Below are positions 12,883 through 59,214 of a stretch of DNA of 64,000 bases, one piece after another (position 1 is the stretch's first letter; each line of letters starts with the position of its first letter). The position numbers were made by a program, and so were the translations under genes. Under the pieces are notes generated by a model. It was not told where the DNA came from. It searched no databases and worked only from the letters and a program-made list of their open reading frames with translations. Source of the stretch: Amoebidium appalachense (taxonomy: Eukaryota > Protista > Ichthyosporea); contig CAVNZM010000004.1 of the NCBI GenBank assembly GCA_963693365.1, forward strand, positions 1,733,449 through 1,797,448, read 5' to 3'.

Positions 12883-15392
12883 TTTACAAGGCACATCCGT
12901 GCGTGCACACACACACACGTATTCACACGCGCACGTACCGGAAACCAACAAGCTGGTGCTGTGCGACGCCGAGCCCAAGACTTGAACTCAAAGGCTCGGG
13001 GTGAGCTCGAGGCAGGCGCTGTCAAATAGGCTACAATTAAGGTATTTGAGTGCTGTCATTGTTTGGTTTGTTTGCTAGCTGTTTTGTTGTTGGGAGGCAT
13101 AAGTTGTAGGATTGTGAAAACTATTCAAGTAGTTAACACAAATTCCGGTTGCCCAAATCAGAGGAGTTGATTTGGATCCTTTTAATCAAAGCTGCAGCCC
13201 GGACTGCCGTCTAGCTTAAGTGCCAGTGGAAAGGCCTTAACATCTCTATACACACAACGGTACTCAATATATACTACTAATACTACTACAACCAGTAAGG
13301 TTTAGTCTTTGGACCATTGTGTTTCCGAGTACATGTGCTACCCACTCTCCACTTATGCACATTAATAAACACATCTGTCTGCCATCTTTTAACCCTCCTC
13401 CAGGCTCCGTATCCGTTGGTTAAGACTGGCCTCCAACTCACGTTTCTACGGCCATGATTGGAAAAGAACCTCGTGGAGATATTTATTAGCAACCACTCGT
13501 GTTTATTCTCTGCATGGATTGGTGCACTAAATAGTTAAACCGGAACTAACCAGTACCTGGTCACGAGTTCTCGGTTGTGGCCCACCCTCACGGGGCCACT
13601 GTTATTGTAGGATCATGATATCGATATGCTGCCCACAGGCCCGTGTGCATATCTTCCGTTCATCACTGATCACCAACGTAGACTGGTGTGCACAGCATTC
13701 TTTGCTAAGGGAGGGAGTGTACACGATTGTGCCATACACAACCATGTCTACAATTGTTATGTGGCCGCTGTTTTAAAATGGTGCTGAAAATTTAAGAGAG
13801 GGGACGCGGGTTGGTGAAAGGTAGGATTTGCCTACAACCAATGGCATAGGGAGCAAGCAATAACAATCAAGCTTGGCTTTTCTATTGCAATTGTTTCTCG
13901 CGGTTTAGCAAGTAACTATTCTATTAATAATATTTATGTCGCATATATACACTTGCCCTAGGCTACACAATTGGAGAATGTCGTGTTTGTTTTTGCCAAG
14001 TACTGGCACGTTTGTGGAGACTTTCTTGAAGCAAATTTATGAACCAAGCCTGAGGAGGGAGGGGAGGGGGGGAGGGGGGGGGGGGGGGGGAGGGGAGGCA
14101 GGGGGGCACACTGTGTCCCGGGCCCGAGTAGTGTGTAGCTTGACATTTTCATGAAGTCTATTAAATCTTGAGCTTCCACGATGCATGGCATGGCCTGAGC
14201 ATGCATACGCATGAAAGTTTTTTCTTTTGACTGTATTTATTCGACGGAAAGATATGCAAGTATGCAAGGCATACTGAGAAGACAATAAAAACTTTACGAG
14301 TTATCCAGTAACAAGTGCATACTGAGATACCTAAACACTGTGTGAAAATGATATAAATACTCAATGTGACGACCAACAGAATTCAACAAAAAGTCTGAAA
14401 TGTTCACATAGCCAGCCAGTGTAGCAGACACCCGTAGGGAAAGAGGTAAAACGCGACATCAAAACTCACACCTATCAACATGCTTTCGTTAAAAAAGTTC
14501 AGCACAAAAGTGGCACCAGCGGCGATGGAAACAAGAATTACAAAGCCACTGCACAACTTCCCAGGCAATATCAACATCAGAGCACCATACATGAAAGTTG
14601 ACATTTTGGGCCATTCGATGATCTTGAATGCTGATGATGTACATGTACGATAATCAAGGCAGGCCCACAGGGGTTACCGGGAGCGGAGGAGTTGGAATGT
14701 GTGACCACCAACCCAGGTGGGCCTGTGGGTCCCTCTATTGTTTTTTGTAGCTATCAAGGCCTTGCATGATGTTGCATCGTTGGCCCTCGATCAGCTGCAG
14801 AGCTTGAGGGCCTCGACGGCGCCTGGGTTGGCCAATATATATGGATATCTCGTAATATTTAAATTCTGTATATCTACACAGTGTGTCTCAGGAGTTCCTA
14901 TTGGTTTGTGTTTCACCAATAGGAACATTGATGACCAGGTGTCTTTGTTTGATTGGTTACCTTGCAGCTAATAAGAAAACCAATCGAGATTTTGTCCAAT
15001 CGTTGCGGCTCTTCATATCAGCCCCATCAGTAAAAAGCCGCACTCACGAGCACACAAGTGACTGTGACAACACCGTTGTCAACACGCACCGTGTAAGAGA
15101 GAGAACGAGAAAGGGTAGTGGCTTCGCTCACATCGAATTCCCGAAAAATATAGGCCTTTTAAACCAGCCGTATGCACATGACCCCCAATAACGGGACATA
15201 TCTTCTGACACGCAAAAGCATCACTGACAATTGTGCACTTAATGACCGTTTTTGACCTTTTGGGGCCCACAAATAGGGGTGGACACTGTGGAGTTTACTG
15301 AAGCAGAAACTTAAAGCAAGCTGTTAGAATCGCTTAGTTTACATAATACCGCAAACAAATCACACAAACCAGGGCCTTGTATACCTAGATAG

Positions 15393-19013
<3,621 letters not shown>

Positions 19014-19119
19014 GGACCTGTTTAGATTGCGGTTGGTGTAGGCCCTGGCACCGTCTTAATTTGGTTTTTTATTTTCTTATTTTCAATTGTTTGTTTTTTT
19101 TTTTGGTTTTTTTTTTTTT

Positions 19120-19150
<31 letters not shown>

Positions 19151-20122
19151 GGGGGGGTCTTTGGTCCATTTCCTCCTTTGCTCGTTCGCCACGTTTCCAA
19201 CTTTTCTACCCCTCTTGTTCTTTCTGCGCCTGCAAGCATAACGCCCAATGGCCCTCCCTCTCTCTATAGCTGCATGTGTGTTGCCTCGAGGATGATTGTG
19301 CACCTGCTTATGCCAACGTTGACGTATTTGATCGGCTTTACTTATCGTAAATGCATGCTATTTTTCCCGAGTACAGTCATCTGGCGGGAGCTGTGTGTGT
19401 AATCGCTAGACAACCTGGGGGTGGTGGTGGTGGTTGGGGGGGGGGGGGGGGGGGGGGGGGGGGATGGTGGTTGACACTTGGGCCTTGTACATACATTGCG
19501 GGAAATGGACCTAAATAACAAATATGGTGGCTGATGATTGCGCGATAAGGGCAATAAATGATGAAATTTAAATGTACATTCCAAATCTAATTTGTTGCAA
19601 TACTCGTACTCAAGGTCTTAGATCTAGAACCTTCCTGTTTATAGACAGAAGAACGGCAGACCTTCGCAAATTATGACAGAGATTCATGTGACTAAAATAT
19701 TATGGACGACCACGAGTGCATTTAAACATTCAACGAAGTAACTACACCATGCCCGGCATGATCACATCAACATTACACTTTCTGAAGTGGAAATTTTGAA
19801 AAAATGAGCTTCTTGAAAGGAAGTTGGACAGGAGAGATCCCAAGAAGCCCCCCCCCCCCCTCCTTCCCCCCTCCCTATAAGGTTTTAGATATTGGCTCTT
19901 GTGTTCTGCATTCCTAGTTGTGGTTAGAGCATTCATTTATCTATTCTCATGCCCTTCAACTACGCTGACCGGTCGGTGAACACTCAAAATCCTTTCACAA
20001 ATGACTTATCATCAATCTCATACTTACTTATTTATCTAATACTTATTCTGAGTGACGTCTACCAGAAGCATGCTCAGAGCTTAAACCTTAAAATAGTTTA
20101 ATTTTAGTTGAGTTTTAGATTA

Positions 20123-28073
<7,951 letters not shown>

Positions 28074-29060
28074 TTTCTCCAAGCTTGCCAGTGTGGTGGG
28101 GGTTGTGTTTTTGTGTTTTTGTGTTTTTTTTTTTTTTTTTTTGCAGAATATTGTTTCTTCTATATACACCTCGAAGTGGCTATTGTAATAAACAGTTTTG
28201 GTTCTTAGAAAGTTTGCCGTGACACTGTACGTATGACCAGGCTTCCTTAGCCACCCAGATAGACTCTGATCAAGAAACTATTCGTGCTGCATGAAATGAT
28301 ATGCAAACAGCAAGTGTATGCCCTAACACATTCGAAACCACATTACTTTCTCGGTTATCATCATGCCGGACAATCAGTATAATCCAATTTTAGGCTCCTT
28401 TATGATGAAGCCTGCTTCAAAATATTAGCTTCAGCCACGGTAGGAGTTTGTAAGTGTCGTATGTTAAACGTTTTTGTAGCTACTCAGCTGCCATTTATGA
28501 CCTATTAATACTATTTCCAGCTACCGAGGACTCAAAAAAGGGTTGTATTTACCCATATGCCCATAATCGAATAGCATACTGTATGAATCAGTATTATTAG
28601 GCATAACGTTTACACACTCATGTCGATGTCGACACTGAAGTAGAAGCAAAGACGCCACGTGGGTGTGGTGCGTGTTGCATCAATCATGAAGTTCGTGCTA
28701 ATTAGAATACCCGTTACCTACCGCTCCCCCAAAACCCATCTTTGGGTTACGCATATATGGGGACGCGGCCTAGTCTACATTTCAAAATTCAAATTATCAA
28801 GAGAATTCAGCAGATCTAAAGCCAAAAAAATTTAGTTAACGTACATAAGTGGAAATGTGTTTTATTAAAAAAAAATTAAGGCACCCTTTAGTATATGTAT
28901 ATGTATGAAACAAACTCCCTCACGAACTTTCAAGACCAGGGGCACGACCCCCCGTAAGACAGTTTGGGGGTCTTGGATCCACCGGGGCCGGGGGTTGACC
29001 GTACCTTTCCTATCCATAGAAGGGGGGGGGGGGGGGGGGGGATGACCGTACCTCTCCTAT

Positions 29061-29092
<32 letters not shown>

Positions 29093-30141
29093 GGGCCGGA
29101 GGGACCGGGGAGAAAGGAATCAGGATATACATGAAAATTTTGAGTCGCCTCAGTTACAAACCACCTGAGTGGCATGGGTTTCTCTGTGCAAGCGGCCCCT
29201 GATATCTTAATAATGTCTCGAGTACGCTGTTACCAGTGCAGCATTATGTACAGTGCGCTTGCGCCATCTTGATGGCTGGCCCAGAGCCTGGCAGCCGGCC
29301 GGCAGTGAGTCACCCAAACCAAATGGGATAACTCGCAACTCGCAAGGTTTTCTGGTCGCTCCGGTCACCAGCTGCAGTGCAATGTGCATTGGGTGCCGGC
29401 TTTAGCCCTATTTTCGAATTCTGTAGTGCCAAGACCTATATATGCGTAAGCATATATATAGATATAAATATATACCTGTTACTATAGTATACGCGCGCGC
29501 GCACGCACACACACACATACACATACACATAGTATATACATGTACATAATGTATGATGCCTGATATAATTCACATGTAGATATCTTTGAAGGGTTAGGCT
29601 TTGGATGTGTTTTTTTTTTTTTTTTGCCCTCTTGACTGGGATTTATTGATCAGTGGTCCAGTGGATATGAAGGCAACGTGCAGCCACAGGCCTACATGAC
29701 CACCAAAATAACCGGCTTTGAAAGAACCACAGCGATGGAATAAAAAAAATAAAACAACAAATGACCAAAGGACACCATGGTCGCGGGCAAAGGTACAAGT
29801 GCGCGTGTATGCGTGAAACTAGTTTGCTCCAACTAGTCATATGCAGCGACGATGACCAGGCCACACTCCAATGTTGGGGTACATAAAGTACAGTTGTATG
29901 TGATTATTTGAACGCCTTTGGTCTCTGCAGATCGTGAGTACCGGGCAGGGTTGGGTGGGAGAGGCGGACGGGTGGGTGGTTGGGTGGTAAGGGTTGGGAG
30001 AACGTGGAGTGAGCGAACGGAGGGGAGGGGGGGCTCATGGTCCAGTCATGGAGGTATATCTACTCGTATATATCTATCAGCCTTAAAGTTTGTGCATATC
30101 CGCGCAATCTGGTGTGTATAGATACTTAAGGAGATTGCTAC

Positions 30142-30400
30142 CTTGCTACCGCATGCGTCGTTTTGGAGCACATATCCAAAATTGCACAATGTGCACGCTA
30201 AGGTGTCTTATTTATCACAGGTGACAGATTTGCAATTTTCCACCGCCCTGCATAATTTGCAGTTTTGCCCATCTCCGAAATATCCATCGGCACAAGAGCA
30301 CGTGTAACTCCCATCTGTATTGGAGCAGACTCCACCAAGTGGAGCGCAGGTATGATTTGTGATTGATGTTACTTGTGCGCTCATCAATGATCGTGTAGAA
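30142..30400 (-). pseudogene. Degraded exon encoding a calcium-binding EGF domain plus a Cys-rich repeat
   Basis: IDE(R)TSNI/NHTCAPLGGVCSNTDGSYTCSCADGYFGDGQNC then CRAVENCKSVTCDK*DTLACTLCNFGYVLQNDAC. Lesions are Cys->Arg, a 7-nt duplication frameshift and TAA at 30210-30208. Confidence 0.75.
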
Positions 30401-32346
30401 TTCGATTGTTAACGTACTATCCCATAATCGATAATCGGAAATGTTGCGTTCAGTTTTCATGGAGTCCCTCCCTCTGCCCTCCACGATCCCCCCCCCCCCC
30501 CCCCCCCCCCCAACACGCACACACACACATGCATGCACACACACGCACAAACACACACACCCACTCCCAACCCAACCCAATCACCCACCCACCAACCCAC
30601 CACTAGCAATCCAAATAACAGAATAGACCAAGAAACACAAAAAACAACAACCAAAAATTGTCAGAAAAGAAAGAAAGAAAGAAAACAACACACACAGACA
30701 AACATCTCTCTCTCTCTCTCTCTCTCTCTCTTAAGTTGTAATGTCCTTGCATATGATCACGGTTTTAGAAGGCTAGGAGGAAGGAAGAAGATGTGGGAAA
30801 ACGCAGAAGAGACAAAGAAATAGCGAGAGAAGGGACCCGGTGCTAGCTTAGCGCCAGTGCATTGAGTTTGAGAGCCCGGAAAAGGGGGCCAGGAAAGGGG
30901 GGGAGGGGGGAGGGGGGAGGGGGGAGGACTAGGGGGACGGGAGGAGGGAGGTTGGGTGTATGACAAAGAACTGGTGTGGAGTTGGATTCTTTCACACAGA
31001 CAACCAGACAACATCTAATTATTATACACAGTGCATTAACAATTGTCATGCGAGTGGGGCAAAAAAAAGAAGAAAAAAAAGAAGAAAAAAATAAAAGGAA
31101 CGGAAAACTTTGTAGATGTGGGCTAATGCTACACATTCCGCACTTGTGTGCTAAATGTTCACCAGCCGGTTCCTTCGTCAAAAGAATAATTAATCAAATA
31201 ATAGGCCGTGTGAAAATTACTTTGGGGAAGAAACAAAGGAAAATAAGAAATTGCACACCATTTGTCACTTGCCGTGACACGTGTGTACGTGTGTGTGTGT
31301 GTGTCCCTTTGCAGGGGAATAAGCCAGAAAACCCAGCCTATGCATCAAGAAGCAATATGGAGATACACACAGCACACAGGTGCACCGATCGAGCCGGGGC
31401 CTCTGGGGTTCTCAACAGCTGCCGAGCCGTGCTAATGAAAAGGCTGAAGAAGCAGCACGTGTGCGCCGTCACTGAGCAAAACAAGGCTATCCTTGCATAT
31501 ATTGGACGTCTGGTCTTGTGACTCGGAGCCATTCGATCATTCACTCCCACGCTGTTATGAGCATTCCTATCTTTTGTGCTGAGAAGAACCTGCACGTCGG
31601 GCTCCCTTGTTTGGCACATGCGTGACTGCACGCACGGAGCTTCGAATCATGATTCGAACCAGCCAAGCCTGCCCGGCACCGTCGGATGTGCCTTTGTTTA
31701 CCGTAGTTGAATTCTCACGGCACCGCGGTGCGCTCTGGGCCAAACATAATCGTGAGAGTCACCGGGACCTGCAAGGGCTTGTAATGGGCTTGAACTGGTG
31801 ACCTCGTGCGTTTCTGTATGTATGCTGGTGCTCTGGAAGCACCGAAAAATAGCAAAGAGGAGGTGATGATGGCCTATCAGTACGTACATGTGCATAGGTA
31901 CACTACTATGCTCTTTGCCTACCATTTAGCTACTATGTATGTAGCAACTGCAGGTTGCATTAATATTGGACACGGGGTTTGAACGGCTCGAAGAATCTTC
32001 ACATGTGCACTTTGTTCACACCGTTTTTTTTTTAAGGAACACCGTATGTACTGTAATGATTTGTCGCTACATGCCGAAGCAAATTATGCGGGGACATTAA
32101 CCTAGTGACATTACATAATCATGTGACGTGACTCCCCCCCTGCCCACTTCCCCCCTCCCCCTCCCCCTCCCCCCCCCCCCCTTTTTTTCGAGGTCCCGCC
32201 CCCCCCCCCCCCCCCCCCCCCCCCTTTTCGAGGTCCCGCCCCCCCCCCCCCCCCCCCCCTCCCCACCCCCCGCCCCCCCCCATCCTCCCCCCCAGTGGAC
32301 CCCCACCACCGCCATAGAGCCACACACATGTACACACCACACACAC

Positions 32347-32454
<108 letters not shown>

Positions 32455-32554
32455 ACACACACACACACACACACATCTCTCCGACTCTCTCCCTCTCCCC
32501 TAGGCCTCCTCTCCGGCTCTCCCTCTCTCGCTCTCTCTCTCTCTCTCTCTACAT

Positions 32555-32595
<41 letters not shown>

Positions 32596-32603
32596 CACAC
32601 ACA

Positions 32604-32720
<117 letters not shown>

Positions 32721-33475
32721 CTTCCCTCCTCCCCACTTTGGTTACCGGTCAACTTCCAAGTATGGCAGTAAAATGTGCTATGTGTGCAGGTTGTTCGATT
32801 GGTTCATCCCGCACTCAGATCTTTTTCGAGGGCACCCGCTTGAGCAGTTGTATTGTTGTGTCCTGGCAACGAATGTACATATTAAATTACCGAAAATTTT
32901 ATTGAGTATAAAGCATACAATGTTTATGTTGGCGAATATATTTTCTACCAACACAGAGTTTTGCAATATTTGGTTTTACGCGTACAATGTACTGTCAGTC
33001 ACACTTTGTTTTCGTTAGCGGTGATTGGATGTTGATTTCGACCAATCGGAAAATACGTGGTGGGCGACTATCACATTCCAACTTGCAAGTTGACTTGCCA
33101 CCTTGAACAAGCCTGGCACAGCGCATCACTTGAGGCAAATGAAAATTATTTATAGCTACATAAATAAAGAAAAAGGTTAGAACACTATTTGCCCACATAT
33201 CAAATTATTTTCTTTCTAACAGTATACACAACCAGAGAGGGAGGGCGAGAGAGAGCCTGTTCCGAAGTTCGTTTTGCCCCGCCTCTTCCACACCTAGATC
33301 GAGCTCTCCGAAAACAAACAACAGATCCATCACGATCAGTCGTAAAGTTCACCTCCCTTTCTCTTTTCACGGAAAGATTCAGCCCTGTGTACGTGTGTGA
33401 CTCTGTGTCGTAAAACAGAAAAAGAGAGGGGAAGAGGATACACATAAACAAGAAAGGGACGAGGAGTGGGTAACC

Positions 33476-39238
<5,763 letters not shown>

Positions 39239-39720
39239 GATTTGATATTGTGATATTTGGAGTATTCAAATTGTGATATAATAGGTTGCAGTAAGTTGTG
39301 AGAAGGGGCGTCGTGGTTGATGTGTGTGAATATTATGGTGGACAGTTTGGAGATATTCATAAATGTGATATACCAGGTGGTCATATTGGTGGTCTGATGT
39401 GGATATGGCAACACTTATTTCTAGAGTGTTGTTACAGAAACGCAGCCCATTTCTTGGAAAAGATTGGCCAAGGTGGGGGGGTTTGTTCTTTTTTCCATTT
39501 CAAATTAGATATAGCTATATTTAGTTACGAGTCCAAGGTGGGTTGCTATATTTAGAATTGTTAGATCCCAGCAGTGCTAAGGGTAGTATTGGGCCACAGG
39601 GGCCCCAAAACATAACATTAGGAGGGTGGTTGCCATGGGCTCACCCGGAATTTTTTTTTTCAACGAGAATACTCGTGTGTAAGAAGAGCCTGTTATTTTT
39701 GGACCCCCCCGCCCCCCCCC

Positions 39721-39754
<34 letters not shown>

Positions 39755-39819
39755 AAAACAAAAAAAAAAAAAAAAAAAAAACCGTGTACTTTGCACATTG
39801 TGGTACTAGCGCATTTATC

Positions 39820-39863
<44 letters not shown>

Positions 39864-39871
39864 GGGCGCGG

Positions 39872-39907
<36 letters not shown>

Positions 39908-40139
39908 ACGCGCACACACACACACAAACCCCAACAAGTGGCACGCTCAACACAAACACACACACACACGCACAGAGAAACTCAAACAAAAGGACACACA
40001 CATACACACACACACAACACACACACACACACGCCCACCCCCCCCCCCCCCCCCCCCCCACACACACAAACCCCAACGAAAGAACACACTCACCACAAAC
40101 ACTTGTACACACGCACGCACAGAGAAGCTCAAACAAAAG

Positions 40140-40188
<49 letters not shown>

Positions 40189-41001
40189 TCCCAACAAAAG
40201 AACCCGCACACACACAGTCACACACACACGTTCACATACACACGCACATGTGTACACACACAAACAATCCGCCAAAAACGAACATCCACCCCTACATATA
40301 TACACATGCACATCATACATGGTCACACACGACGACAATATGGGCACGAAACACTAATGTGTGATCAAGTAATCTCGATGCGTACACTCCACCATCATAC
40401 TGCCACATGCATCGTCAGAGTGATGGAATGGATTGTTGCAAAATACAGCCATGAGAGCTACAAATGCATGTTTTGCATTTCATATGCATACCGTGTAACC
40501 TGTATTCAGGATACGGGCACCTTACCATGTCATGATCAAGGTGGCCCAGGTCTGCATGCCCACACATTGCACGAAGAGGTTTATTATTGTTTTTATTATT
40601 TTGACCAGCCCTCGGCCAGCAAGGGCACACATAGACACAGATATGGCACCGTTTAGATGCTTCAGAAATGAAACACCCGAGGAGATAAAGGTTATGGTGA
40701 AGAGTTGATTGGCGCCAAATCACGTGCCTGTGAAGTTCAATTCGAAATTTGTAAAAAAGATCATTTGTACAATAGCACCTAGAATCACAGAAAGGCACCA
40801 CTGAAAGGCAGGCCCAAACTATTTCACTTGGATTCTAAACTTGGTAAAAATTAGTCCATTAAGTACACAAATGAACAGCAGTACATGTGATTGAGGGCCC
40901 TTAGGGCAGGTTTGTGCGTTCAAACTTATGTGTTCGAACCCAATGCATGTGCATGGTGGTGCGCACACGTGTGCATGAGTTGTGTGTGTGTGTGTGTGTG
41001 T

Positions 41002-41086
<85 letters not shown>

Positions 41087-41556
41087 GTGTGTGTGCGCTT
41101 GCATGCACTCACCCTTCCTCGCAAAACATAAACCACTCAAAAGAACGGAGGGGTGAGGAGCATATAAGGGGAAGCAGAAAAAGGGGAAAACACTCTTTTT
41201 TGTTTCCACAGCGATATTCAGTTTGCTAGCAATAGCAGCAATATAACTAAAATGCCGAGGTTAGGGTTGGCTGTTAGGCGCAACCTAGCCATCCGCACGA
41301 TGCTATTGGATGTAGATGCAACCATTGGCACAACCACAGCCACAGAGCCGTGGGCGTCCTCTGTCTGATCCGACCCGACCCGACTCGAAACGGCACGACC
41401 CGACCCGAGAAATTTCTAAGAATGAAGCCCGAAAGAGTCTTAACCCTTGTCCATCTGCAGGCCGGTGGGTGTTGCCGGTCGTTGGGGGCTGTCGGTGGGT
41501 TCCACACTGTACAGACGTTGAACCGTGGCTGTGTGTGCGTGTGTGCGTGTGTGCGT

Positions 41557-41637
<81 letters not shown>

Positions 41638-42103
41638 TGTGGGAGGGGAAGGGGGGGGGGGGGGGAGGGAGCGTGAGGGAGGGAGGGGGGGGGTAGGGGG
41701 GTTTTTTTTTTTTTTTGGAGGGGGGGAGGGGGGTAAAATACGATACAGATGGGGGGGGGGGGGGGGGGGGGGGGGAGGGAAAGGGGGGAGGGAGGATGGG
41801 GGGAAATTAAGGATAGGGTACCCATCAAACACAGCACACGTTGATACAGTCATGCACCCATCTGTGCCACCTGTTGTCTTTTCATAGTCAACCCCCAGAC
41901 ATCAATCTTCTCAATCGTCTTTCTATCCTGAATACTGAATTCTTCCCCCCCCCCCCCTCCCCCCTCCCCCCCCCCCAACAAAAGAAAGAAAAAAACACAC
42001 ACACAACCCAACTCCCGCCCCCACCCCACCCACCAGACAGACGCCCACACACCCACAATTACACACCCACCATTACACACCCCACCATGCCCACACCATC
42101 CAA

Positions 42104-42176
<73 letters not shown>

Positions 42177-42254
42177 TGTTCACACCCACCCCGAAGTCAC
42201 CAAGGCATACATGTGCAAGCAAATCTGTCTACACAAAAAACCACACAATCCCAG

Positions 42255-42287
<33 letters not shown>

Positions 42288-42296
42288 AGCACCTAC

Positions 42297-56281
<13,985 letters not shown>

Positions 56282-56855
56282 CCTGGCTGGGTGATGGTGG
56301 TTTCATATTCTGAAGCGCAGCTACATACAGGTCAAAAAACACTAAAATAAATCACGTGTAGCCCAGATATACAATGTCACTACAGAATAAGTTGAACAAC
56401 TCGGCTGTAAGGCAATCCCCAACATAAGCGGCTCTTTGTGTGTTCAAACTGTGCTTGCAAGTATCAGTGTATTTGGCAAGTTGTTTGTATCGTCGTCTCT
56501 CTCAGCTTTCTCGAAATTCTCGGCTCCAAAAATTACTGTATAAGGCTATTGCGCACACAAGCAGCCAATCAGAGCACTGGAAGGATAGTCCTAAGTCTTT
56601 CCTTTCATCCAGAAGGCAGCTTGTCGTGTAAGCGCAATGTAGACTAGCTCCCTGCAGGAGATCTAGAGAGAGAGGGTTAGGCAAGGGTGTTCTTGAGTGT
56701 TTGCTAGTTTTGAGAAAAACGCTACATTGGGAGCTTTTACTCCCTGTAAAAGTTACGGCAAAGGAGCGATCGTTCCCACTAAAAACACGAGCGAGTTTCT
56801 GAGGGTTGCCCGGCCAGTACATCGAGGGAATTGTTCTGGAGTATTTTGGAGCACT
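56282..56855. promoter_or_regulatory. Probable bidirectional promoter between TSC1 and RWDD1
   Basis: Head-to-head ATGs about 575 bp apart. Almost repeat-free, with a CCAAT box (agccaatcag, ~56563). Confidence 0.55.
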
Positions 56856-57577
56856 ATGTCTGGTATGTATGGTTCTGTGTAGCTTGCTTGGTGTGGTATA
56901 CAGCTGTGCGAAGCTAACATGCGTTTCTGGAAATAGGCTATAAGGAGCAGCAGGAGGAGGAGCTGGAGGCTCTTCAATCCATCTATCCAGAGGAGTATAC
57001 GGGTGTGTGTGTTGTGTCGTGTTGCTTTGCTTTTCACAGGTGCAAACACAACACATATAACCAGCGCTAACTCTCTTTCCTGTTCACCTCCTATCAGATT
57101 CCCACCCCCTCCCTTTTCCCTGCGGCATGCCTCTCTCTAGCTCTCTACCCGCCTCTGTTTCTTCCTCTTCATCGCTTCACCTGTGTGTTCCAGGAGTTCC
57201 TGTGTTTGGCATTTCTAAACTTGTCATCTGCACAGATCTCTATCCCAACCACCGTACAGTCAACCCCCCCTCCCCCCTTTTTTATAGCTATGTGATTGCT
57301 TCCCGTTAACATGCCCGCTACAGGATTACTCTGCCTCTCTTGTTGCTCCCCTCCCTCCCTCCCTCACTTCCCCTTCCAGGTTTCCCCTCTCTCCCTCCCT
57401 CTGTCTGTCGGTTACCACTCCCCCACCCCCCTCCTCCTCCTCTCTCCCTGTCTTTCTCTCCCCCTTCCCGTCCACTTCCCATGACCCCCGCCCCCGCTAC
57501 CTTCCCCCACCACCACCTTCATCCTCCGCTCCGCACCGCTTTGCCTCAGCTACTTCTTCTCTCCTCACTTCTTTCTC

Positions 57578-57625
<48 letters not shown>

Positions 57626-58000
57626 CAACCTCCCCCCCCTCTTTCACTATGCCTCTCTCCCCACCCCCTTTCATTCTTTTTCTCTCTCTTTCTCCCCCTT
57701 CCCCCCGTCCTATCCGTATCTCCCTCCCTCTCCCTCTCCCTCTCTCTCCCCCTCTCCTCCCCCCCCCACTCCCCATCTCCCCCTCCACACACACACACAC
57801 ACGCGCGAGCGCGCATGCACGCACGCATGCACGCACCAACACAAACACACAAACAACACGCACACACACACCACCGCCACTACCAGCACTACTACCCGAA
57901 TATGTGCACATTATTTCTCCCTGTTTTGCCCTGGCTTTTTTGTCCACCTAGGCTGGGCCTCTGTTACATACACACTATCACGCATTGGCTCACACATGTG

Positions 58001-58037
<37 letters not shown>

Positions 58038-58038
58038 G

Positions 58039-58079
<41 letters not shown>

Positions 58080-58356
58080 TGCCCCTTTCCTTCTCTCATT
58101 GATTTCTTTCTGCAGAGCTATCAAGAGATCCAGCCAAGTTTGAAATCATTATTAAGCCCGAGGAAGTGGAAGCAGATGACATTAACAGCCAAAATGGTAC
58201 GTCATCGCGACCCTCCTCCCCCCCCCCCCCCCCCCCCCTATACCCCATGCTCCTTTGGTCTCCCCCTCCACCTCCCCCTGTACGATTCATCTCGAACTCT
58301 AACAAATAATGCAGTGGGAATCTGGGCGGCCTTTTGATAGGTGGTTGACCGCGGGG

Positions 58357-58425
<69 letters not shown>

Positions 58426-58804
58426 GGGGGGGGAGGGAGGGGGGCGGGGAGCAAGGGAGGGAGTGGGGAAGAGTATAAAAAGGAAGAAAACCTGCGTTTT
58501 TTTCTTTTTTCTTTTGGAGCCAGCGGAAGGCGGGGGGGGGGGGGGGGGGAGGAGGAGGGGGGCAGCAGCTTGTGACTAAATGGATTCATAGAGTTCTGTG
58601 TGGATATCATTCGTAGAGCTGACCCATGCGCCAACCTCTCACAGAGAGATTAGTGCTCAAGTTCACCCTGCCAGACACATACCCAGATGTACCACCAGAG
58701 ATCACGGTGAGTGTGTTCTGTTTGGGCTGCAAATTTTCCATTAGTTATGACGTGCGGGCATATGCACAAATGCACACAGACATGCACACACATGCACGCG
58801 CACG

Positions 58805-58845
<41 letters not shown>

Positions 58846-59182
58846 CCATCAGACACGCATGCACACATGTACATGCGCATACGCGCGCGCGTGCACACAC
58901 ATACACATGCACATGCACATGTGTGCACACCTGCGCGCGTGGGTTAAAAAACCTTCACAGGCGCACGTGTGCGCACACACATACATTCTCTCTCTCTCCC
59001 CCCATAAGGATGGGTTCTGTCTGTTATGCATACTCTTTATGTGTGGTTTGCACTCTGCATCGCCTTGTCTGTTGTTTACGTGTACTTCGTACTTTATTAA
59101 ATAGCACATTCAACCCCCTCCTCCTGGCCCCCCTCCTCTCCCTCTCCCTCTCCCTCTTCCTCTCCCTCCTCCTCTCCCCGTC

Positions 59183-59214
<32 letters not shown>

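Noticed and set aside
14677-14686. Leu3-type CCG-N4-CGG site upstream of OAC1
   Set aside because: A six-base motif expected by chance, and there is no evidence the organism has Leu3.
14161-14860. Hydrophobic minus-strand ORF fragments, possible membrane-protein relic
   Set aside because: Multiple stops and no recognisable family.
28937-29201. hAT-like MITE with CAGGGGC/GCCCCTG ends
   Set aside because: Only a 7-bp TIR, no target-site duplication and no second copy.
31310-31800. Non-repetitive GC-balanced stretch after a good acceptor
   Set aside because: The + frames I translated contain stops and no motif is recognisable.
39780-39822. Possible further 3' fragment of the poly(C) element on +
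   Set aside because: Too short and diverged to count, and it lies outside a defined gene.
41230-41930. Candidate terminal exons for TSC1
   Set aside because: Several acceptors and phases are possible, none supported by homology.
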